DNA of 64,000 nucleotides, from assembly GCA_964016885.1 (NCBI GenBank), contig OZ024743.1, positions 373,364,001 to 373,428,000 on the forward strand, in the 5' to 3' direction. Every line of letters starts with the position of its first letter. The first letter of the stretch is position 1. Source of the stretch: Eledone cirrhosa (lineage: Eukaryota). The notes beneath the pieces were generated by a model that saw only the letters and a list, made by a program, of their open reading frames with translations, made no database searches and was not told the DNA's origin. The translations under genes and the position numbers were made by a program. Below are positions 47,601 to 62,600 of this stretch, in pieces.

Positions 47601-50600
47601 ATCTTTTTCACATTAGATGTCCATACCTTTGGTCTATCTCTTTCACATTAGATGTCCATACCTTTGGTCTATCTCTTTCACAACATTACATGCCCATACC
47701 TTTGGTCTATCTCTTTCACATTACATGTCCATACCTTTGGTCTATCTCTTTCACATTACACGTCCATACCTTTGGTCTATCTCTTTCACATTAGATGTCC
47801 ATACCTTTAGTCTATCTCTTTCACATTACACGTCCATACCTTTGGTCTATCTCTTTCACATTAGATGTCCATACCTTTGGTCTATCTCTTTCACAACATT
47901 ACATGCCCATACCTTTGGTCTATCTCTTTCACATTACATGTCCATACCTTTGGACTATCTCTTTCACATTAGAGGTCCATACCTATGGTCTACCTCTTTC
48001 ACAACATTACATGTCCATACCTTTGGTCATCTCTTTCACATTACATGTCCGTAACTTTGGTCTATCTCTTTCACATTACATGTCCATACCTTTGGTCTAT
48101 CTCTTTCACATTACATGTACATACCTTTGGTTTATCTCTTCCACATTACATGTCCATACCTTTGGTCTATCTCTTCCACATAACATGTCCATACCTTTGG
48201 TCTATCTCTTCCACATTACATGTCCATACCTTTGGTCTATCTCTTTCACATTACATGTCCATATCTTTGGTCTATCTTTTTCACATTAGATGTCCATACC
48301 TTTGGTCTATCTCTTTCACATTAGATGTCCATACCTTTGGTCTATCTCTTTCACAACATTACATGCCCATACCTTTGGTCTATCTCTTTCACATTACATG
48401 TCCATACCTTTGGTCTATCTCTTTCATATCACATGCCCATCCCTTTTGTCTATCTTTCACATTAGATGCCCATACCTTTGGTCTATCTCTTTCACATTAC
48501 ATGTCCATACCTTTGGTCTATCTCTTTCACATTACATGTCCATACCTTTGGTCTATCTCTTTCACATTATATGTCCATACCTTTGGTCTATCTCTTTCAC
48601 ATTACATGACCATACCTTTGGTCTATCTCTTTCACATTATATGTCCATACCTTTGGTCTATCTCTTTCACATTACATGACCATACCTTTGGTCTATCTCT
48701 TTCACATTACATGCCCATACCTTTGGTCTATCTCTTTCACAACATTACATGCCCATACCTTTGGTCTATCTCTTTCACAACATTACATGTCGATACCTTT
48801 GGTCTATCTCTTTCACAAAATTACATGTCCATACCTTTGGTCTATCTCTTTCACAACATTACATGTCCATACCTTTGGTCTATCTCTTTCACATTACATG
48901 TCCATACCTTTGGTCTATCTCTTTCACATTAGATGTCCATACCTTTGGTCTATCTCTTCAAGATTACATGTCCATACCTTTGGTCTATCTCTTTCACAAC
49001 ATTACATGTCCATACCTTTGGTCTATCTCTTTCACATTACATGTCCATACCTTTGGTCTATCTCTTTCACATTACATGTCCATACCTTTGGTCTATCTCT
49101 TTCACATTAGATGTCCATACCTTTGGTCTATCTCTTTCACAACATTACATGACCATACCTTTGGTCTATCTCTTTCACAAAATTACATGTCCATACCTTT
49201 GGTCTATCTCTTTCACAACATTACATGTCCATACCTTTGGTCTATCTCTTTCACATTACATGTCCATACCTTTGGTCTATCTCTTTCACATTATATGTCC
49301 ATACCTTTGGTCTATCTCTTTCACATTACATGTCCATACCTTTGGTCTATCTCTTTCACATTATATGTCCATACCTTTGGTCTATCTCTTTCACATTACA
49401 TGCCCATACCTTTGGTCTATCTCTTTCACAACATTACATGCCCATACCTTTGGTCTATCTCTTTCACAACATTACATGCCCATACCTTTGGTCTATCTCT
49501 TTCACAACATTACATGCCCATACCTTTGGTCTATCTCTTTCACAACATTACATGCCCATACCTTTGGTCTATCTCTTTCACAACATTGCATGCCCATACC
49601 TTTGGTCTATCTCTTTCACAACATTACATGTCCATACCTTTGGTCTATCTCTTTCACATTACATGTCCATACCTTTGGTCTATCTCTTTCACATTACATG
49701 TCCATACCTTTGGTCTATCTCTTTCACATTACATGTCCATACCTTTGGTCTATCTCTTTCACATTACATGTCCATACCTTTGGTCTATCTCTTTCACATT
49801 ACATGTCCATACCTTTGGTCTATCTCTTCAAGATTACATGTCCATACCTTTGGTCTATCTCTTTCACATTACATGTCCATACCTTTGGTCTATCTCTTTC
49901 ACATTAGATGTCCATACCTTTGGTCTATCTCTTTCACATTAGATGTCCATACCTTTGGTCTATCTCTTTCACAACATTACATGCCCATACCTTTGGTCTA
50001 TCTCTTCCACATTACATGTCCATACCTTTGGTCTATCTCTTTCACATTACATGTCCATACCTTTGGTCTATCTCTTTCACATTAGATGTCCATACATTTG
50101 GTCTATCTCTTTCACATTATATGTCCATACCTTTGGTCTATCTCTTTCACATTACATGCCCATACCTTTGGTCTATCTCTTTCACAACATTACATGCCCA
50201 TACCTTTGGTCCATCTCTTTCACAACATTACATGTCCATACCTTTGGTCTATCTCTTTCACAACATTACATGTCCATACCTTTGGTCTATCTCTTTCACA
50301 TTACATGTCCATACCTTTGGTCTATCTCTTTCACATTACATGTCCATACCTTTGGTCTATCTCTTTCACATTACATGTCCATACCTTTGGTCTATCTCTT
50401 TCACATTACATGTCCATACCTTTGGTCTATCTCTTCAAGATTACATGTCCATACCTTTGGTCTATCTCTTCCACATTACATGTCCATACCTTTGGTCTAT
50501 CTCTTTCACATTACATGTCCATACCTTTGGTCTATCTCTTTCACATTAGATGTCCATACCTTTGGTCTATCTCTTTCACATTAGATGTCCATACCTTTGG

Positions 50601-53600
50601 TCTATCTCTTTCACATTAGATGTCCATACCTTTCGTCTATCTCTTTCACATTAGATGTCCATACCTTTCGTCTATCTCTTTCACAACATTAGATGTCCAT
50701 ACCTTTGGTCTATCTCTTTCACATTAGATGTCCATACCTTTGGTCTATCTCTTTCACATTAGATGTCCATACCTTTGGTCTATCTCTTTCACATTACATG
50801 TCCATACCTTTGGTCTATCTCTTTCACATTAATGTCCATACCTTTGGTCTATCTCTTTCACATTAGATGTCCATACCTTTGGTCTATCTCTTTCACAACA
50901 TTACATGCCAATACCTTTGGTCTATCTCTTCCACATTACATGTCCATACCTTTGGTATATCTCTTTCACATTACATGTCCATACCTTTGGTATATCTCTT
51001 TCACATTAGATGTCCATACCTTTGGTCTATCTCTTGCATAGTATTACATGTCCATACCTTTGGTCTATCTCTTTCACAACATTACATGTCCATACCTTTG
51101 GTCTGTCTCTTTCACATTACATGCCCATACCTTTGGTCTATCTCTTTCACAACATTACATGTCCATACCTTTGGTCTATCTCTTTCACATTAGATGTCCA
51201 TACCTTTGGTATATCTCTTTCACAACATTACATGTCCATACCTTTGGTCTATCTCTTTCACATTACATGTCCATACCTTTGGTCTATCTCTTTCACATTA
51301 CATGTCCACACCTTTGGTCTATCTCTTTCACATTACATGTCCATACCTTTGGTCTATCTCTTTCACATTACATGTCCACACCTTTGGTCTATCTCTTTCA
51401 CATTACATGTCCATACCTTTGGTCTATCTCTTTCACATTACATGTCCATACCTTTGGTCTATCTCTTTCACATTACATGTCCACACCTTTGGTCTATCTC
51501 TTTCACATTACATGTCCATACCTTTGGTCTATCTCTTTCACATTACATGTCCATACCTTTGGTCTATCTCTTTCACATTACATGTCCATACATTTGGTAT
51601 ATCTCTTTCACATTAGATGTCCATACCTTTGGTATATCTCTTTCACATTAGATGTCCATACCTTTGGTCTATCTCTTTCACAACATTACATGTCCATACC
51701 TTTGGTCTATCTCTTTCACATTACATGTCCATACCTTTGGTATATCTCTTTCACATTACATGTCCATACCTTTGGTATATCTCTTTCACATTAGATGTCC
51801 ATACCTTTGGTCTATCTCTTGCATAGTATTACATGTCCATACCTTTGGTCTATCTCTTTCACAACATTACATGTCCATACCTTTGGTCTGTCTCTTTCAC
51901 ATTACATGCCCATACCTTTGGTCTATCTCTTTCACAACATTACATGTCCATACCTTTGGTCTATCTCTTTCACATTAGATGTCCATACCTTTGGTCTATC
52001 TCTTTCACATTAGATGTCCATACCTTTGGTCTATCTCTTTCACATTACATGTCCATACCTTTGGTCTATCTCTTTCACATTACATGTCCATACCTTTGGT
52101 CTATCTCTTTAACATTACATGTCCATACCTTTGGTCTATCTCATTCACATTACATGTCCATACCTTTGATCTATCTCTTTCACATTAGATGTCCATACCT
52201 TTGGTCTATCTCTTTCACATTACATGCCCATACCTTTGGTCTATCTCTTTCACAACATTACATGCCCATACCTTTGGTCTATCTCTTTCACAACATTACA
52301 TGTCCATACCTTTGGTCTATCTCTTTCACATTAGAGGTCCATACCTATGGTCTACCTCTTTCACAACATTACATGTCCATACCTTTGGTCTATCTCTTCA
52401 AGATTACATGTCCATACCTTTGGTCTATCTCTTTCACAACATTACATGTCCATACCTTTGGTCTATCTCTTTCACATTACATGTCCATACCTTTGGTCTA
52501 TCTCTTTCACATTACATGTCCATACCTTTGGTCTATCTCTTTCACATTAGATGTCCATACCTTTGGTCTATCTCTTTCACAACATTACATGACCATACCT
52601 TTGGTCTATCTCTTTCACAAAATTACATGTCCATACCTTTGGTCTATCTCTTTCACAACATTACATGTCCATACCTTTGGTCTATCTCTTTCACATTACA
52701 TGTCCATACCTTTGGTCTATCTCTTTCACATTATATGTCCATACCTTTGGTCTATCTCTTTCACATTACATGTCCATACCTTTGGTCTATCTCTTTCACA
52801 TTATATGTCCATACCTTTGGTCTATCTCTTTCACATTACATGCCCATACCTTTGGTCTATCTCTTTCACAACATTACATGCCCATACCTTTGGTCTATCT
52901 CTTTCACAACATTACATGCCCATACCTTTGGTCTATCTCTTTCACAACATTACATGCCCATACCTTTGGTCTATCTCTTTCACAACATTACATGCCCATA
53001 CCTTTGGTCTATCTCTTTCACAACATTGCATGCCCATACCTTTGGTCTATCTCTTTCACAACATTACATGTCCATACCTTTGGTCTATCTCTTTCACATT
53101 ACATGTCCATACCTTTGGTCTATCTCTTTCACATTACATGTCCATACCTTTGGTCTATCTCTTTCACATTACATGTCCATACCTTTGGTCTATCTCTTTC
53201 ACATTACATGTCCATACCTTTGGTCTATCTCTTTCACATTACATGTCCATACCTTTGGTCTATCTCTTCAAGATTACATGTCCATACCTTTGGTCTATCT
53301 CTTTCACATTACATGTCCATACCTTTGGTCTATCTCTTTCACATTAGATGTCCATACCTTTGGTCTATCTCTTTCACATTAGATGTCCATACCTTTGGTC
53401 TATCTCTTTCACAACATTACATGCCCATACCTTTGGTCTATCTCTTCCACATTACATGTCCATACCTTTGGTCTATCTCTTTCACATTACATGTCCATAC
53501 CTTTGGTCTATCTCTTTCACATTAGATGTCCATACATTTGGTCTATCTCTTTCACATTATATGTCCATACCTTTGGTCTATCTCTTTCACATTACATGCC

Positions 53601-56600
53601 CATACCTTTGGTCTATCTCTTTCACAACATTACATGCCCATACCTTTGGTCCATCTCTTTCACAACATTACATGTCCATACCTTTGGTCTATCTCTTTCA
53701 CAACATTACATGTCCATACCTTTGGTCTATCTCTTTCACATTACATGTCCATACCTTTGGTCTATCTCTTTCACATTACATGTCCATACCTTTGGTCTAT
53801 CTCTTTCACATTACATGTCCATACCTTTGGTCTATCTCTTTCACATTACATGTCCATACCTTTGGTCTATCTCTTCAAGATTACATGTCCATACCTTTGG
53901 TCTATCTCTTCCACATTACATGTCCATACCTTTGGTCTATCTCTTTCACATTACATGTCCATACCTTTGGTCTATCTCTTTCACATTAGATGTCCATACC
54001 TTTGGTCTATCTCTTTCACATTAGATGTCCATACCTTTGGTCTATCTCTTTCACATTAGATGTCCATACCTTTCGTCTATCTCTTTCACATTAGATGTCC
54101 ATACCTTTCGTCTATCTCTTTCACAACATTAGATGTCCATACCTTTGGTCTATCTCTTTCACATTAGATGTCCATACCTTTGGTCTATCTCTTTCACATT
54201 AGATGTCCATACCTTTGGTCTATCTCTTTCACATTACATGTCCATACCTTTGGTCTATCTCTTTCACATTAATGTCCATACCTTTGGTCTATCTCTTTCA
54301 CATTAGATGTCCATACCTTTGGTCTATCTCTTTCACAACATTACATGCCAATACCTTTGGTCTATCTCTTCCACATTACATGTCCATACCTTTGGTATAT
54401 CTCTTTCACATTACATGTCCATACCTTTGGTATATCTCTTTCACATTAGATGTCCATACCTTTGGTCTATCTCTTGCATAGTATTACATGTCCATACCTT
54501 TGGTCTATCTCTTTCACAACATTACATGTCCATACCTTTGGTCTGTCTCTTTCACATTACATGCCCATACCTTTGGTCTATCTCTTTCACAACATTACAT
54601 GTCCATACCTTTGGTCTATCTCTTTCACATTAGATGTCCATACCTTTGGTATATCTCTTTCACAACATTACATGTCCATACCTTTGGTCTATCTCTTTCA
54701 CATTACATGTCCATACCTTTGGTCTATCTCTTTCACATTACATGTCCACACCTTTGGTCTATCTCTTTCACATTACATGTCCATACCTTTGGTCTATCTC
54801 TTTCACATTACATGTCCACACCTTTGGTCTATCTCTTTCACATTACATGTCCATACCTTTGGTCTATCTCTTTCACATTACATGTCCATACCTTTGGTCT
54901 ATCTCTTTCACATTACATGTCCACACCTTTGGTCTATCTCTTTCACATTACATGTCCATACCTTTGGTCTATCTCTTTCACATTACATGTCCATACCTTT
55001 GGTCTATCTCTTTCACATTACATGTCCATACATTTGGTATATCTCTTTCACATTAGATGTCCATACCTTTGGTATATCTCTTTCACATTAGATGTCCATA
55101 CCTTTGGTCTATCTCTTTCACAACATTACATGTCCATACCTTTGGTCTATCTCTTTCACATTACATGTCCATACCTTTGGTATATCTCTTTCACATTACA
55201 TGTCCATACCTTTGGTATATCTCTTTCACATTAGATGTCCATACCTTTGGTCTATCTCTTGCATAGTATTACATGTCCATACCTTTGGTCTATCTCTTTC
55301 ACAACATTACATGTCCATACCTTTGGTCTGTCTCTTTCACATTACATGCCCATACCTTTGGTCTATCTCTTTCACAACATTACATGTCCATACCTTTGGT
55401 CTATCTCTTTCACATTAGATGTCCATACCTTTGGTCTATCTCTTTCACATTAGATGTCCATACCTTTGGTCTATCTCTTTCACATTACATGTCCATACCT
55501 TTGGTCTATCTCTTTCACATTACATGTCCATACCTTTGGTCTATCTCTTTAACATTACATGTCCATACCTTTGGTCTATCTCATTCACATTACATGTCCA
55601 TACCTTTGATCTATCTCTTTCACATTAGATGTCCATACCTTTGGTCTATCTCTTTCACATTACATGCCCATACCTTTGGTCTATCTCTTTCACAACATTA
55701 CATGCCCATACCTTTGGTCTATCTCTTTCACAACATTACATGTCCATACCTTTGGTCTATCTCTTTCACATTAGAGGTCCATACCTATGGTCTACCTCTT
55801 TCACAACATTACATGTCCATACCTTTGGTCATCTCTTTCACATTACATGTCCGTAACTTTGGTCTATCTCTTTCACATTACATGTCCATACCTTTGGTCT
55901 ATCTCTTTCACATTACATGTACATACCTTTGGTTTATCTCTTCCACATTACATGTCCATACCTTTGGTCTATCTCTTCCACATTACATGTCCATACCTTT
56001 GGTCTATCTCTTCCACATTACATGTCCATACCTTTGGTCTATCTCTTTCACATTACATGTCCATATCTTTGGTCTATCTTTTTCACATTAGATGTCCATA
56101 CCTTTGGTCTATCTCTTTCACATTAGATGTCCATACCTTTGGTCTATCTCTTTCACAACATTACATGCCCATACCTTTGGTCTATCTCTTTCACATTACA
56201 TGTCCATACCTTTGGTCTATCTCTTTCACATTACACGTCCATACCTTTGGTCTATCTCTTTCACATTAGATGTCCATACCTTTAGTCTATCTCTTTCACA
56301 TTACACGTCCATACCTTTGGTCTATCTCTTTCACAACATTACATGCCCATACCTTTGGTCTATCTCTTTCACAACATTACATGTCGATACCTTTGGTCTA
56401 TCTCTTTCACAAAATTACATGTCCATACCTTTGGTCTATCTCTTTCACAACATTACATGTCCATACCTTTGGTCTATCTCTTTCACATTACATGTCCATA
56501 CCTTTGGTCTATCTCTTTCACATTAGATGTCCATACCTTTGGTCTATCTCTTCAAGATTACATGTCCATACCTTTGGTCTATCTCTTTCACAACATTACA

Positions 56601-59600
56601 TGTCCATACCTTTGGTCTATCTCTTTCACATTACATGTCCATACCTTTGGTCTATCTCTTTCACATTACATGTCCATACCTTTGGTCTATCTCTTTCACA
56701 TTAGATGTCCATACCTTTGGTCTATCTCTTTCACAACATTACATGACCATACCTTTGGTCTATCTCTTTCACAAAATTACATGTCCATACCTTTGGTCTA
56801 TCTCTTTCACAACATTACATGTCCATACCTTTGGTCTATCTCTTTCACATTACATGTCCATACCTTTGGTCTATCTCTTTCACATTATATGTCCATACCT
56901 TTGGTCTATCTCTTTCACATTACATGTCCATACCTTTGGTCTATCTCTTTCACATTATATGTCCATACCTTTGGTCTATCTCTTTCACATTACATGCCCA
57001 TACCTTTGGTCTATCTCTTTCACAACATTACATGCCCATACCTTTGGTCTATCTCTTTCACAACATTACATGCCCATACCTTTGGTCTATCTCTTTCACA
57101 ACATTACATGCCCATACCTTTGGTCTATCTCTTTCACAACATTACATGCCCATACCTTTGGTCTATCTCTTTCACAACATTGCATGCCCATACCTTTGGT
57201 CTATCTCTTTCACAACATTACATGTCCATACCTTTGGTCTATCTCTTTCACATTACATGTCCATACCTTTGGTCTATCTCTTTCACATTACATGTCCATA
57301 CCTTTGGTCTATCTCTTTCACATTACATGTCCATACCTTTGGTCTATCTCTTTCACATTACATGTCCATACCTTTGGTCTATCTCTTTCACATTACATGT
57401 CCATACCTTTGGTCTATCTCTTCAAGATTACATGTCCATACCTTTGGTCTATCTCTTTCACATTACATGTCCATACCTTTGGTCTATCTCTTTCACATTA
57501 GATGTCCATACCTTTGGTCTATCTCTTTCACATTAGATGTCCATACCTTTGGTCTATCTCTTTCACAACATTACATGCCCATACCTTTGGTCTATCTCTT
57601 CCACATTACATGTCCATACCTTTGGTCTATCTCTTTCACATTACATGTCCATACCTTTGGTCTATCTCTTTCACATTAGATGTCCATACATTTGGTCTAT
57701 CTCTTTCACATTATATGTCCATACCTTTGGTCTATCTCTTTCACATTACATGCCCATACCTTTGGTCTATCTCTTTCACAACATTACATGCCCATACCTT
57801 TGGTCCATCTCTTTCACAACATTACATGTCCATACCTTTGGTCTATCTCTTTCACAACATTACATGTCCATACCTTTGGTCTATCTCTTTCACATTACAT
57901 GTCCATACCTTTGGTCTATCTCTTTCACATTACATGTCCATACCTTTGGTCTATCTCTTTCACATTACATGTCCATACCTTTGGTCTATCTCTTTCACAT
58001 TACATGTCCATACCTTTGGTCTATCTCTTCAAGATTACATGTCCATACCTTTGGTCTATCTCTTCCACATTACATGTCCATACCTTTGGTCTATCTCTTT
58101 CACATTACATGTCCATACCTTTGGTCTATCTCTTTCACATTAGATGTCCATACCTTTGGTCTATCTCTTTCACATTAGATGTCCATACCTTTGGTCTATC
58201 TCTTTCACATTAGATGTCCATACCTTTCGTCTATCTCTTTCACATTAGATGTCCATACCTTTCGTCTATCTCTTTCACAACATTAGATGTCCATACCTTT
58301 GGTCTATCTCTTTCACATTAGATGTCCATACCTTTGGTCTATCTCTTTCACATTAGATGTCCATACCTTTGGTCTATCTCTTTCACATTACATGTCCATA
58401 CCTTTGGTCTATCTCTTTCACATTACATGTCCACACCTTTGGTCTATCTCTTTCACATTACATGTCCATACCTTTGGTCTATCTCTTTCACATTACATGT
58501 CCATACCTTTGGTCTATCTCTTTCACATTACATGTCCACACCTTTGGTCTATCTCTTTCACATTACATGTCCATACCTTTGGTCTATCTCTTTCACATTA
58601 CATGTCCACACCTTTGGTCTATCTCTTTCACATTACATGTCCATACATTTGGTATATCTCTTTCACATTAGATGTCCATACCTTTGGTATATCTCTTTCA
58701 CATTAGATGTCCATACCTTTGGTCTATCTCTTTCACAACATTACATGTCCATACCTTTGGTCTATCTCTTTCACATTACATGTCCATACCTTTGGTATAT
58801 CTCTTTCACATTACATGTCCATACCTTTGGTATATCTCTTTCACATTAGATGTCCATACCTTTGGTCTATCTCTTGCATAGTATTACATGTCCATACCTT
58901 TGGTCTATCTCTTTCACAACATTACATGTCCATACCTTTGGTCTGTCTCTTTCACATTACATGCCCATACCTTTGGTCTATCTCTTTCACAACATTACAT
59001 GTCCATACCTTTGGTCTATCTCTTTCACATTAGATGTCCATACCTTTGGTCTATCTCTTTCACATTAGATGTCCATACCTTTGGTCTATCTCTTTCACAT
59101 TACATGTCCATACCTTTGGTCTATCTCTTTCACATTACATGTCCATACCTTTGGTCTATCTCTTTAACATTACATGTCCATACCTTTGGTCTATCTCATT
59201 CACATTACATGTCCATACCTTTGATCTATCTCTTTCACATTAGATGTCCATACCTTTGGTCTATCTCTTTCACATTACATGCCCATACCTTTGGTCTATC
59301 TCTTTCACAACATTACATGCCCATACCTTTGGTCTATCTCTTTCACAACATTACATGTCCATACCTTTGGTCTATCTCTTTCACATTAGAGGTCCATACC
59401 TATGGTCTACCTCTTTCACAACATTACATGTCCATACCTTTGGTCATCTCTTTCACATTACATGTCCGTAACTTTGGTCTATCTCTTTCACATTACATGT
59501 CCATACCTTTGGTCTATCTCTTTCACATTACATGTACATACCTTTGGTTTATCTCTTCCACATTACATGTCCATACCTTTGGTCTATCTCTTCCACATTA

Positions 59601-62600
59601 CATGTCCATACCTTTGGTCTATCTCTTCCACATTACATGTCCATACCTTTGGTCTATCTCTTTCACATTACATGTCCATATCTTTGGTCTATCTTTTTCA
59701 CATTAGATGTCCATACCTTTGGTCTATCTCTTTCACATTAGATGTCCATACCTTTGGTCTATCTCTTTCACAACATTACATGCCCATACCTTTGGTCTAT
59801 CTCTTTCACATTACATGTCCATACCTTTGGTCTATCTCTTTCACATTACACGTCCATACCTTTGGTCTATCTCTTTCACATTAGATGTCCATACCTTTAG
59901 TCTATCTCTTTCACATTACACGTCCATACCTTTGGTCTATCTCTTTCACATTACACGTCCATACCTTTGGTCTATCTCTTTCACATTAGATGTCCATACC
60001 TTTGGTCTATCTCTTTCACAACATTACATGCCCATACCTTTGGTCTATCTCTTTCACACTACATGTCCATACCTTTGGACTATCTCTTTCACATTAGAGG
60101 TCCATACCTATGGTCTACCTCTTTCACAACATTACATGTCCATACCTTTGGTCATCTCTTTCACATTACATGTCCGTAACTTTGGTCTATCTCTTTCACA
60201 TTACATGTCCATACCTTTGGTCTATCTCTTTCACATTACATGTACATACCTTTGGTTTATCTCTTCCACATTACATGTCCATACCTTTGGTCTATCTCTT
60301 CCACATAACATGTCCATACCTTTGGTCTATCTCTTCCACATTACATGTCCATACCTTTGGTCTATCTCTTTCACATTACATGTCCATATCTTTGGTCTAT
60401 CTTTTTCACATTAGATGTCCATACCTTTGGTCTATCTCTTTCACATTAGATGTCCATACCTTTTGTCTATCTCTTTCACAACATTACATGCCCATACCTT
60501 TGGTCTATCTCTTTCACATTACATGTCCATACCTTTGGTCTATCTCTTTCATATCACATGCCCATCCCTTTTGTCTATCTTTCACATTAGATGCCCATAC
60601 CTTTGGTCTATCTCTTTCACATTACATGTCCATACCTTTGGTCTATCTCTTTCACATTACATGTCCATACCTTTGGTCTATCTCTTTCACATTATATGTC
60701 CATACCTTTGGTCTATCTCTTTCACATTACATGACCATACCTTTGGTCTATCTCTTTCACATTATATGTCCATACCTTTGGTCTATCTCTTTCACATTAC
60801 ATGACCATACCTTTGGTCTATCTCTTTCACATTACATGCCCATACCTTTGGTCTATCTCTTTCACAACATTACATGCCCATACCTTTGGTCTATCTCTTT
60901 CACAACATTACATGTCGATACCTTTGGTCTATCTCTTTCACAAAATTACATGTCCATACCTTTGGTCTATCTCTTTCACAACATTACATGTCCATACCTT
61001 TGGTCTATCTCTTTCACATTACATGTCCATACCTTTGGTCTATCTCTTTCACATTAGATGTCCATACCTTTGGTCTATCTCTTCAAGATTACATGTCCAT
61101 ACCTTTGGTCTATCTCTTTCACAACATTACATGTCCATACCTTTGGTCTATCTCTTTCACATTACATGTCCATACCTTTGGTCTATCTCTTTCACATTAC
61201 ATGTCCATACCTTTGGTCTATCTCTTTCACATTAGATGTCCATACCTTTGGTCTATCTCTTTCACAACATTACATGACCATACCTTTGGTCTATCTCTTT
61301 CACAACATTACATGACCATACCTTTGGTCTGTCTCTTTCACATTACATGCCCACACCTTTGGTCTATCTCTTTCACATTACATGTCCATACCTTTGGTCT
61401 ATCTCTTTCACATTACATGTCCACACCTTTGGTCTATCTCTTTCACATTACATGTCCATACATTTGGTATATCTCTTTCACATTAGATGTCCATACCTTT
61501 GGTATATCTCTTTCACATTAGATGTCCATACCTTTGGTCTATCTCTTTCACAACATTACATGTCCATACCTTTGGTCTATCTCTTTCACATTACATGTCC
61601 ATACCTTTGGTATATCTCTTTCACATTACATGTCCATACCTTTGGTATATCTCTTTCACATTAGATGTCCATACCTTTGGTCTATCTCTTGCATAGTATT
61701 ACATGTCCATACCTTTGGTCTATCTCTTTCACAACATTACATGTCCATACCTTTGGTCTGTCTCTTTCACATTACATGCCCATACCTTTGGTCTATCTCT
61801 TTCACAACATTACATGTCCATACCTTTGGTCTATCTCTTTCACATTAGATGTCCATACCTTTGGTCTATCTCTTTCACATTAGATGTCCATACCTTTGGT
61901 CTATCTCTTTCACATTACATGTCCATACCTTTGGTCTATCTCTTTCACATTACATGTCCATACCTTTGGTCTATCTCTTTAACATTACATGTCCATACCT
62001 TTGGTCTATCTCATTCACATTACATGTCCATACCTTTGATCTATCTCTTTCACATTAGATGTCCATACCTTTGGTCTATCTCTTTCACATTACATGCCCA
62101 TACCTTTGGTCTATCTCTTTCACAACATTACATGCCCATACCTTTGGTCTATCTCTTTCACAACATTACATGTCCATACCTTTGGTCTATCTCTTTCACA
62201 TTAGAGGTCCATACCTATGGTCTACCTCTTTCACAACATTACATGTCCATACCTTTGGTCATCTCTTTCACATTACATGTCCGTAACTTTGGTCTATCTC
62301 TTTCACATTACATGTCCATACCTTTGGTCTATCTCTTTCACATTACATGTACATACCTTTGGTTTATCTCTTCCACATTACATGTCCATACCTTTGGTCT
62401 ATCTCTTCCACATTACATGTCCATACCTTTGGTCTATCTCTTCCACATTACATGTCCATACCTTTGGTCTATCTCTTTCACATTACATGTCCATATCTTT
62501 GGTCTATCTTTTTCACATTAGATGTCCATACCTTTGGTCTATCTCTTTCACATTAGATGTCCATACCTTTGGTCTATCTCTTTCACAACATTACATGCCC